Part shown: positions 50,709 to 61,274 of the stretch, one piece after another
Numbering within the stretch: position 1 is the stretch's first letter
Layout: every line of letters begins with the position of its first letter
NCBI GenBank assembly: GCA_964252035.1
Contig: OZ176207.1
DNA: 64,000 nucleotides
Source of the DNA: Podarcis erhardii
Lineage: Eukaryota
Direction: 5' to 3' (one strand)
Notes under the pieces: generated by a model
Databases searched by the model: none
Told to the model about the DNA's origin: nothing
Seen by the model: the letters and a program-made list of their open reading frames with translations, nothing else
Position numbers and translations under genes: made by a program

Positions 50709-51202
50709 NNNNNNNNNNNNNNNNNNNNNNNNNNNNNNNNNNNNNNNNNNNNNNNNNNNNNNNNNNNNNNNNNNNNNNNNNNNNNNNNNNNNNNNNNNNN
50801 NNNNNNNNNNNNNNNNNNNNNNNNNNNNNNNNNNNNNNNNNNNNNNNNNNNNNNNNNNNNNNNNNNNNNNNNNNNNNNNNNNNNNNNNTTTGTCTTTCTG
50901 CTCTAACCCATCCCCACTTGCTTGGCCTGCACGGAGGTTTTGATAGGGACNNNNNNNNNNNNNNNNNNNNNNNNNNNNNNNNNNNNNNNNNNNNNNNNNN
51001 NNNNNNNNNNNNNNNNNNNNNNNNNNNNNNNNNNNNNNNNNNNNNNNNNNNNNNNNNNNNNNNNNNNNNNNNNNNNNNNNNNNNNNNNNNNNNNNNNNNN
51101 NNNNNNNNNNNNNNNNNNNNNNNNNNNNNNNNNNNNNNNNNNNNNNNNNNNNNNNNNNNNNNNNNNNNNNNNNNNNNNNNNNNNNNNNNNNNNNNNNNNN
51201 NN
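50709..51202. other. Two N-runs (50709-50888, 180 bp; 50951-51202, 252 bp) separated by a 62-bp island
   Basis: Seen directly in the sequence. Confidence 0.99.
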
Positions 51203-51373
51203 TACAAGGGACAAAGAGAAGCATTGTGCAGGCTCTGAAATGAACCCAGTTATTATTTTTAAAAAGATTACACAGGCCATTTTTGTGAAACGGACAGGGA
51301 TTATTAAATAAATTCAGTGGTTCCTGTCTCTTATCATTCAGTGCCTCTGTCCTATTAGCGTTCGTGTGTACTT

Positions 51374-51375
<2 letters not shown>

Positions 51376-51422
<47 letters not shown>
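51376..51422. repeat. (TC)n microsatellite, about 23 units
   Basis: Seen directly in the sequence. Confidence 0.97.
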
Positions 51423-51428
<6 letters not shown>

Positions 51429-53288
51429 TTCCTTCCCTCTCCCTCTCTCTCTTTTCCCATAAGTGATAGAATAGTTTTTGGACTAGTAGAACATGTAAGC
51501 ATCCCTAAGTAGAAAGCTGCAAAGCACAACTATTGCTGGTGGTGCCAGTAACATGTGAGCCTGTCTGGGTCTGAGTTAAAGCCAAGAGAGGTTACTTGCA
51601 AAAAATGGGATTTCGGAGGGGAACAATGGTATAGCTATTTTCCCCCCATAGAGCAGCATGGAAATATTAGAAATGATATTTCATTAACTTGACTAACTTT
51701 GCCATATGCCTGAACCCTTATATGCCAGTGCAATCACTGAGATCATCTGGAGAAGCAATGTTAGTTATTCCCTATTTTTTCAGAAGCCCAGCTGGCTTCA
51801 ACTAGAAGTTGGGCATTAACGTTGCTGGTCCCATGCTGTGCTATACTTCTCCAGCAGATTCAGCAGCCATCCTTTCTTCTGCTTTTTATGTCGACAGGGC
51901 TATGCCGTTGTTTAAAGTTTTTCAACTTGAGCTAGTCATTTATTTATTTGTTATTGTATTTATGACACTTTATGTTTTATTGTACTTGCATATTTTATTG
52001 TACTCTACCTTGGTGTTTTATATGAGGGACAGTCTATAAATATTTTTCTATACAGAAATAAATGCTTGTTATTTACAATTATCCAATGCTGCTGTTTCCC
52101 AGTATTAGAAAGAAGATATTCCCTTCTTCTTTTTCTTTTGCCCACAGTTAAGCTTCATTCCCCAACCCTCCCTGTTAGCTTGAAGGACCCACAGCTGGAA
52201 TAAATTTGTCAGTGTATTCTGGCCTCATTGGCCCCACCCACTTAGCAGCACCTGCAAAAAGAATTGCCATTTAATCAGAAGAATACTGGCTTGGCCCAGT
52301 CAGTCCCACTGAGGCATGGAGCTCACTTGGGGAAGATCTACACTCATAGTTTTTTACGTTAAGGAAGGGCTAAGGAATGGTTTTGATAACCATATGGCCA
52401 CATAACATTCTGCTTTTAACATTATTTAAATGTGACACCAGAAAGCACTACAGAGCACCCAGCTACCAGCTGTAGGGAGACAGCATTTTGATGAAGGTAA
52501 GAAATGTTTTATTTTGCAAGTATGCCCTGTGACGTTTTAGAATGATATAACTAATATCGTTCTAATAATGTTAAACAGGTCAGTGTAAATCCAGCCTTGG
52601 TGACCTCAAGACAGTCACTTTCCGCCTAAGCTACCGGAAAGGGTTGTTTTTAGGATACAATGAGGTTGCAGGGACTGTGTACACCACCTTGAGTTATTTA
52701 AATAAAAGGCAGTATACGTGAGAAGTAAACAAGCAAAGAAATAAATTATTTAAAACTTAAGAAGTTTTAGCCTAGAAACATTTTGTTTGCTCTACTTGTG
52801 CATGCTTCCTCCAGTCTAGGCATCAAAGAAATTAAATGATGCAAATTTACACTCTCTTGATCCAACCACATTTGTTACATAGCTTCTCCAGCTGATGCAT
52901 CAGGCCATAATTTACATGTGGTGTTACAGTTTTAGAAGTGACTGTATAAAAGCATCAGACTCTTACAGAGGGTGTTTAACACAACATGCCTAATTTCCAG
53001 TGTACGTTTCTATGCTTTTAACACCGAGGAGCCATCTTGTTTCTGATGCAGAAAACATAGGGAGCTTTCTGACTCAGACTACTTAATGGCTAGGCCAAAA
53101 TGTGGCCTGGTTATGCTGCCCTTAGCTTACAAGATAGCCATTAATTCATCTTTGGGGCCTCTGCAGTACCATATTTAAGAATGTGCCTTTGCATGCAAGC
53201 AAGTATGACAATTATGTGAAAAAGAGATTTGTTACATTCCAGTAGGTTCCCCACCCCCACCTCAGAACAATTTAGAAAGCTCAAACAG

Positions 53289-53769
53289 TATTGGGAACCA
53301 GCTGGATGCTGAGGAGAAGCGGGGTTGGAAACTGAAGGGATCAGTGATCAGGCAGAGCCCGTAACAGCCAGGAGATAAGAGTCAGAGGCAGGAGAATCTG
53401 CAGGATTGGAGAATGAAGAATGGGTGTAGGAGGAGGGGGAGATAGGTCAGACTAGTGTAGTCAAGGGCTTCTACACCTCCTGCTGCTGCTGCCCCCACCT
53501 CTCCTGCTCCACTGTCTCTCAGGACCAGAAGAGGATTAAAAGGGGAGGGGCAGAAACAGGTCATATGCAGGCAGTCTTTGCCTGTTTTCACACAGCTCTG
53601 ATGAGGGAAATACATACATTGAGGGGACAAGGCCTCTCTCGGGTGCACACCTAGGGGTAGCTGAGAGACATAGGATCAAGGGACATGCCCTTTCCTAACT
53701 TGTAAGTGTACTTTTGACAAAGAGTTAATTCCTCACTCTGGACATTCCTGGCCTGAAAGTGCCATGACA
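53289..53769 (+). mobile_element. Older solo LTR related to 13313-13761
   Basis: 5' ...GCTGGATGCTGAGGAG matches GCTGGATGCAGAGGAG of the 13313 element. Has AAAGAGTTA near the 3' end, a CCATGACA terminus, and flanks AACAG / AAGAG (4 of 5 match). Confidence 0.6.
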
Positions 53770-54547
53770 AAGAGAAGGACAGACTTTGAGTGTGCAGAAA
53801 ACCTTATTCTTGGATTTTAAAAAGATCAATAGTATTTCTTACAGTGATGATGTGAGGCAACCACGTATGATACAAGTTTTGCAATCCACAGACAAGTCAC
53901 ATATGTGAAAAGCAGAAACAATACGATTTGGCTTGGTTTGGTTTTATTTTTAAAAACTTTATGTAGAATTCACACATTGAACATCTCATAATAAATATGG
54001 GATTTGTGTTACCATCTTGGACGAACTAAATTTTGCATTCAGGAATTGAATCTGAGCAGGTGAAATGAAATGAAAGAGACAGAGAGGGAGACTTGTTTTC
54101 TGTCTCTGGCTATACAAGATGGTGAAGGCAGTACAATAGCTAAAGGAAATAATCATTTAGAGTAGAGGTGATAGAGACAGTACTGCTTTGGACACTCAAC
54201 CAGGCAGTAGATCAACAGGATTTTCCCTCTAGGGAGCTATGTCTGCTACAAGAGTGGCTGAAGGAACTGACACAAAGGGCCAGTTGGAAGAAGTACCATC
54301 TGCATATAGGATTGACAGGCAGCCTTCAGGGTGTGTTGCTATCATTTCTGACTCCAGCAAAGTTCAGAGTCTCTTTTCATCTCATTACAGCAAGCAGAAT
54401 CTATGAGCTTTCATAAACTCCATCTGTACATTTACATTTGTGAGCATATTTTCTGCATTTCTGTGGACGTACAAAGAATTGTAAATTCTCTATCACTGTA
54501 TCTTGACTGCTTTTATTACTGCGATTTATTTGGAATATATGTATGTG

Positions 54548-54551
<4 letters not shown>

Positions 54552-54584
<33 letters not shown>
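54552..54584. repeat. (AC)16 microsatellite
   Basis: Seen directly in the sequence. Confidence 0.97.
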
Positions 54585-54589
<5 letters not shown>

Positions 54590-55075
54590 GGAGAGTATAA
54601 TAATATTTGGTAGGAGGCAAAATGTAATAAATGGATTGCTAAAGTCCTCCCCATCCCCTGTCCAACCCATTTTTGAGCAAAAGGGGCAATCCCATGACTA
54701 CTGTGTAAATTTCACATCATTTTTCAATTTCATTTCAAGCAGCGGTATAATTCCACTGAGATTGATGAGACCACTTAAATGTCAAAATTATGGCATATTC
54801 TTGAACATTTTAAAACAGATACCTTTGTATAGAATACAATTCATTTTCTGATACATTTTTACATTATCCCCTAAAAGGTTCCCCTCCTCCAAGTTCTAGT
54901 TGAAACTTAGTTCAGACTTGTGTAAATTTTCAAAGTTTACATTGTTCTGTTCTGTTCCTCTTGGTCTCAACTTGTGGTTCATAAGAGATGACAGAATGTT
55001 AGTAAATGTGGTTGCAGAACAAAGAGCATTATGGGGGCATTGAGTGATGTTTGGGTATTTAGACTTTTGGCTATA

Positions 55076-55307
55076 CAGTGGTACCTCGGGTTAAGTACTT
55101 AATTCGTTCCAGAGGTCCGTTCTTAACCTGAAACTGTTCTTAACCTGAAGCACCACTTTAGGAGGACCTCCTGCCGCGCCGCCGGAGCACGATTTCTGTT
55201 TTTATCCTGAAGCAAAGTTCTTAACCTGAAGCACTATTTCTGAGTTAGCGGAGTCTGTAACCTGAAGCGTATGTAAACTGAAGCATATGTAACCCGAGGT
55301 ACCACTG
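55076..55307. mobile_element. TcMar-Tigger/pogo-like MITE (232 bp)
   Basis: Perfect 18-bp TIRs CAGTGGTACCTCGGGTTA / TAACCCGAGGTACCACTG, TA flanks at 55074-55075 and 55308-55309, and repeated subterminal AACCTGAAG motifs. Confidence 0.95.
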
Positions 55308-56510
55308 TACGGAGTTAATTTTCCAATCGATATAGTTAAGCAAAAACAGATTAATTGGACTGTGTATTTTTTGAACTATATCACCCTAGTATGAAACTGT
55401 ACATAAAATGCAACCAGTTGTTGCTTTTAAGAATATAGCTTTCCTGCTGACATAGTTAATGGCCCAATTTCTGCATCATATGCTGCTGTATGCTTCTACA
55501 AAAAGCAGATACTATTATGTGGTATCTGTCAATTCAGAGAAGAGGGCTCTGGTTCTAGGTAAGGTTTTTTGTTAATAAAATGTGGGAAAGCTACTAATAA
55601 CGTGTGGATTTATTCTAAATCTAACATCTGAATTCTCTGTTTGTGCCACTCTGTTTGTGCCATTTGGTATTCCTTGTGCCCAGTGCTATTTTTCTAGAAA
55701 AAGAGGTGCTGAAGCTCACCAGTAACTCCTCCCTTGTTTTTTTAGAATTGCAATGGCACCTACTTGAGAGGTGCCGGAACTGAGTTCCAGTGACTTCCGG
55801 GTGAAAAAAAAAGCCTGTTTGTGCTGAATCTTTCAAAATACAATGGAAGAGTAGCTGAGCTTTCTTCAGCAGTCAAAGTGGCTTGCAGCCTCATGTATAC
55901 AAAGCACCCAATGTTTTTTGTTTCCATCTTATTTTTGGATGGTGAAGAATACATCACTGCAACTCTTCCTTTAGCTGATTTCTTAGCATTTATTTTCTTG
56001 TGTGCAAAGGAGTGAATGCTGCTTTAGAACAGCTACCCACTTAAACATTCGTATTTACAGGAGTTGCTTTGTGCATTCTTTTATTTTACACTTCAGAAAC
56101 TGGTGTGTGCTAGAAGGGTGACTGTGAATGTGTGTGTGTGGTCGGAGCTGCCATTTGGACATACAACTTTTGCTGAAGGGATACTGGGACAAGAGCAATA
56201 ACTTATCAGTTTTCTCAAGCATTTCAGTGCTGATGCACAGGTTCTAGCTCCTGCCCTACAGGCCTCTGCTACTTTATAGCAGCCAGCATTGGACATCTGT
56301 CACACATACTGTATGTCATAACAAATAGATCATAAAAAAACCTTGCAAAGCTACAAATGCGGAAAAGCTGAAAGCATTGTTACCACAAAGCACTAGCATT
56401 ACTCCAGTACTGTCAGTATTAATTCCAAGCAGGTTTTGATTATTTTCTATATGAAACATTGGGGTGTCAGGAAGAGTTAAAATACATGAATATCAACATT
56501 TGTGGAGCGG

Positions 56511-56514
<4 letters not shown>

Positions 56515-56555
<41 letters not shown>
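56515..56555. repeat. (TG)20 microsatellite
   Basis: Seen directly in the sequence. Confidence 0.97.
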
Positions 56556-56556
<1 letters not shown>

Positions 56557-57094
56557 TCTTGGCCTGCTGTTGTCATTGATTCTGCAACCTGAGTTTGTGC
56601 AGCTATATTTGATTGCATGGCATTTGTAATGCAAGCTTATATTAAGGCTGTCTACAAATCTTGAAGCTTGACCTTGGTAACCTTCCTGTGTGTGTCTTCC
56701 TCTGGCTTTGCAAAGATACTGGTAATTCTCTCTGGGAAAGCATGAATAAAACAGGAGGTTATCACTTCTGTTTAGTTGCCCAACATGAATCCCAGTGATA
56801 GTATTTCACATTGTTATTGTGGTCCTTTGGGTGCTGGTTCTCCAGTGCTATGAGATCTTATTGATATCTCTTATTGCTTTTTTTTTCTTACTGGTTTCTT
56901 TCTGGACAATGGAGAAGTCACTCCTTCTGGAATGGCAGGGCACAGGATCCATTCTGACAACTTCCTCCCAGGAGATAGCAGGGTCTCATTTGATCTGAGA
57001 TTCAATTTGAAAAACATACAGAGATGCACATGAATATAAACAACACACAATGCATAATATATTTTTCAGTCAGCCCTATTCTCCTCCTATGCCC

Positions 57095-57560
57095 TAGCCT
57101 AGACAGAGGGACATTGAGCTAAGAAGTTAACAGCAATAAGAAAAGCAGCTGGAGCAGAAGAGGATAAATGGTGGAGAAAGAGTTGTGAGTGAAGGGGAGG
57201 GGGGCTTTCCCCCCCTGGGCCCCTTGGGGAACTCAATGAACCTGCTGCACCTGGAACTGGGTGTGGAGAGTGCAGCTTAATGGAGCACAGGTGTGGGCCT
57301 GCCCATCAAAAACAAGTCTAGAGTGAGAAACGGGTTATTCTTGATGTTTCCATGAACTCTTCTGGTTGTTAGACTTTTGTGGATGAGCTGAGAGTTTGCT
57401 GGATCGTTGGTGAGAACCTGGAAGCTGAGATGGACGGTGTGTCAGAAGGAAGCTGAATTTATACTGATATAACTGTGTTAAGGAAACGTCTTTATATGTA
57501 ACTCTGTATTTTTGTCATATTTGGTTTGTTATCTGTTGTTGCTTCTGTTTTTTGTACACC
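57095..57560 (+). mobile_element. Possible degraded LTR-like element
   Basis: Purine-rich segment followed by a GC-rich and then a GT-rich segment, resembling the other solo LTRs. Termini and TSD not found. Confidence 0.35.

Positions 57561-57604
<44 letters not shown>
57561..57604. repeat. (AGAT)11 microsatellite
   Basis: Seen directly in the sequence. Confidence 0.98.
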
Positions 57605-57608
<4 letters not shown>

Positions 57609-57717
57609 TTAAGCAGTATAGGGGAAAAAATTAATGAACTCTGCTATCCACAGAGATCTAGCTTTCTGGATTCTTTTCTTCCACTTCTTAAAATGACTAG
57701 TTCTGCTGCCTTAGTTG

Positions 57718-58434
57718 ATCATAGAATCATAGAGTTGGAAGGGACCCTGAGGAATCTCAACTAAAGCACCATTGACAGATGGTCATACAACATCTACTTA
57801 AAAACCTCCAAGGAAGGAGAGTCTACCACCTTCCCAGGGCGTCCATGCCACTTGCGAATAGCTCTTTCCACCAGAAAGCTATTTCTGGTATTTAGTTGGA
57901 ATCTCCTTTCTGGTAAAATGAAAAGCCATTGTTTTGGGTTCTGCTGTTCAGCACAGAAAAAAAACAAACTTGCTCCATCTTCCATGTGACAGCCTTTTAT
58001 GTATTTGTAGATGGCTGTATATCGCCTCTGTCTCCTCTTATCCAGGAGTATTACTTCTCTTGATCTGGAAACTATACTTCTATTGATGCAGCACAGGATA
58101 GCATTATCTCCCCCCCCCCCCGCAGCATCACACTGCTGCCCCATGTTCACCTTGTGGTCTACTAAGACCCCTTTTTACATGTACTACTGGCAAGCTAGTC
58201 CCCCCCCCCCCGCCTTACATTTGTGCAGCTAGTTCTTCCTGTCTAAGTGTAGAACCTTACATTTCTTCCTATAGAAATTCATTTTGTTACTTTGGGTCCA
58301 GTTCTCCAAACTGTTAAGGTCATCTTGAATCCCAATCCTGTCTTCTGCAGCATTTGGCTACCTCTCCCAGCTTCATATCATCTGCAAATTCCTTCATCCA
58401 AGTCATTTATAAAGACATTGAACAACACGGGCCC
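57718..58434 (-). mobile_element. CR1 LINE 3' fragment, antisense
   Basis: Begins ATCATAGAATCATAGAGTTGGAAGGGACC (antisense CR1 tail). Minus-strand ORF NMGQQCDAA...NAILCCINRSIVSRSREVI...RRFQLNTRNSFL. Confidence 0.93.
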
Positions 58435-60207
58435 ATTAACCTAAATCCAAAAAGCCACTATCACAGAATAGTAGTTAATAAGCTCAGGCTGTTAAGAAGA
58501 AGAAGAAATAATTAAGGAAGTTTCAAAATACAGTAGTGGACTTCTACCATGTTAGGCTAAACATAGCTTTTGGATAAAACTTTCAGGAACAGTGAGACTA
58601 ATATATGCATATATGTCTGTGGATTTTGTAACACATTCATTTATGCTGCTTTAATAAGTTATCTATTAAAGTACAGTTCTAGAAACAATTCTTATGAATC
58701 CATTTTCTTTCTTTTTGTTAAAGTGCCCATTAGAAAACTGTTGCTATAAGGCACGCCCTATAGCAGTGGCTAGTCACACAAGTGCTTGAGAGAGCTGAGG
58801 CCCAGGAGTTCCTCTTAATTGTAATAAAGATTATAGGTCTCTTCTCTGATATTTGAGTAGTGTGTTATTATATAGCAGATGTCCATGACAGAAGGTGAGC
58901 TTAGACAGCACCATAAGGCAGATATCAACTTTATGTGATCACCTCATAGGAGATAGCATTGAACTCCTGCTTTTAATTGACCTTACCTCTTGTAGATATT
59001 TTAGAGGCTCTGTCATTTTAGCAAATACCTATTTAAAATGTCCAGAATCCTCTTAAAGCCAGGTGTGCACTCAATCCTATCTTGTTTTCTTGGTAGATTT
59101 GTTTTCCTTCTACCTCTCTTTTCCTTGTTACGTTTTTTTTTTTTTTTTAAAGTTAATTCATTTATTCATTTCCAAGTTTGTTTTTTCACTGAAAATGTTT
59201 AGAGCAAGGGGGGGGGACTGGCTTGTAATACGTTCTTTGCACATTCAGGACTGCGATGTTCACACAGAGCTCTTCCATTCCCAATGGCTTCTCCATCTGA
59301 TTCAGTGGAGGGAGAACTCAAGGCATTCATTATTCTGCCTGCTCACACATGCAAACAGCAAAATGTTGGAGGGTAGAGTTCCCATGCAGCCTACCCTGCA
59401 TCCCCTAAGCTAGCCTGCTGCCCCAGATGCAATGGGGCAGGGGGAAGAGACACTGTTCTGTTACCAGTGTATCCAACAAAAGTTCAGCCTGTCAGCATGA
59501 TAGTGTTGTGACCATGCTAGTTGCTTGACAAAGATAACCAACTTACGCAACTCTTTTCATTGTCCTAACAGTTCTCTATAATTCCCACTGCATGTTTTCA
59601 GGTCCCATCTTGGTTGTTGCATACCCTCTCCTCCATGTTTACAAGGCAGGACCATGCCTTTATTTATGCTTATAATTTATAAGAAATAATGAAAATAGTA
59701 ATGAAGGGTTCAAACTTTATTTTAAGCTTAATGTATGTATACTTTAATTCTAATGTGTGTATTTTTATATGTGCCTGATACCAGCATTATCTGTACAACA
59801 TGGCAGTATATCTCCCCATATATACATGGCAGTATATATCCCCAAAAACGGACCAGCAAGTTTTAGGATCAATCCTCCTCCTCCTTCATATCATCATTAT
59901 TATCATTATTATTAATTAAATTTGTATACTACCTTTCATCCTTACTAGATGTGATTATTTCTAAGGTATTTCTTTTTTAAAGGAAAGGGGGAGTATTATT
60001 TTTAAAAATGATTTCAAACTGAACTTTTTAAAATTATACTAAAACTAGCCCTCATGGAAAGCTTGGTGGATGTCATTATAAATTGTATATCTGAAAGTTG
60101 CTCACAAGCATAACTGTGGGGAGCCAACTGTTTTACAGCAATATTTCAATTCAGTGAATATGCATGTATAATATAACTTCATTATAATTTTCCTGCATTT
60201 CCTGCAG

Positions 60208-60386
60208 GTCTAACTGTGCTGAAAATATCCGCAAGCATATCCTGCATACAGGCAAACATGAAGGAGTAAAGATGTACAACTGTCCCAAGTGTGAATATGG
60301 CACCAATATCCCTGTAGAATTTCGCAACCACCTGAAAGAATTGCATCCTGATATTGAGAACCCTGACCTAGCTTACCTGCATGCTG
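60208..60386 (+). CDS. ZNF407: ZNF407 internal coding exon D (179 bp, phase 2 to phase 1); completes the split finger and adds one more
   Basis: TTTCCTGCATTTCCTGCAG acceptor and CTG|GTAAGA donor. Translates (R)SNCAENIRKHILHTGKHEGVKMYNCPKCEYGTNIPVEFRNHLKELHPDIENPDLAYLHA(G), in frame with exon C. Confidence 0.96.
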
Positions 60387-60854
60387 GTAAGAACATCTTT
60401 ATGGCTGTTGTCATTGAGTTTTCATTTTCACAAATGGAATTCAGTTAAATGGCTGTAGGGAGAAAGCACTTTTTAATGTAATATGCATGACTCTGGCCAA
60501 GGAACAAAGCAATTTTGATCTCAATTTAGTCAAATTCATTGTTCTGTTCACACTTTTATATGACTCACATTAACTCAGGTGCATGTTACACAAAAGTGTT
60601 TTGCATTCAGACGTAAAGCGAATCATGCACGTTCAATTTACTTTTTGTTATTAATCATTTTTAAGTGTGTTCACATTTTATTTGCACATGTTCACAAGGC
60701 TTAATTAGAACCAGGCCTTGATGCCAGCATCGGACCTGAACTCTATAATGCATGATGAACAATAGCTTCTGACATTTGCAGAATGCCTTGTCCAGTCATT
60801 TCTGAAGAAGTGTGCATGCACACGAAAGCTTATACCCAGAACAAACTTAGTTGG

Positions 60855-61274
60855 TGTGATGGCTTGTGAATGCTCTTCGCAAGAAATGCCTCTGCTCACT
60901 CAGAGATACATATATACAGTCTTTATTTTACATATGTACAAGCAGCGCATTACAATCATGCATCTGAATCCTCCAGCTCAGATTTTGGGAGTGACTTATG
61001 CCAGCTCCTTCTCCAACAGAAAAGGTGGGGAAGTTTCACATGATGCCTCTGCCCCCTCCCTCCCCTCTTTAACACTCTCCTTTCTTTGGCAGATGGAATA
61101 GGCATTGTTTCACTGTCTGTGCCAGAACTTCCTTTGCGGTGTTGAGGCTCTGGTTCAACATTTGTGAGCCGTTCCGCTTCCTGGCTTTCCCCTCTTTCCT
61201 CAATTGCCACTTCCTGCCCCTCTTCCTCTGCCTGTCTCTGCTCCTCCCCTTCATTCTCTGGCAATACCATGACA
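60855..61274 (-). mobile_element. Solo LTR (420 bp), antisense, related to 13313-13761
   Basis: Plus-strand termini TGTGA...TGACA (minus strand starts TGTCATGG, like 13313), flanks GTTGG / GTTGC, and a minus-strand AATAAA at 60922-60927. Confidence 0.7.

Noticed and set aside
60956-61270. Glu-rich 104-aa antisense ORF, and the similar 13270-13566 ORF
   Set aside because: Explained by the purine-rich body of solo LTRs; no domain similarity recognised.
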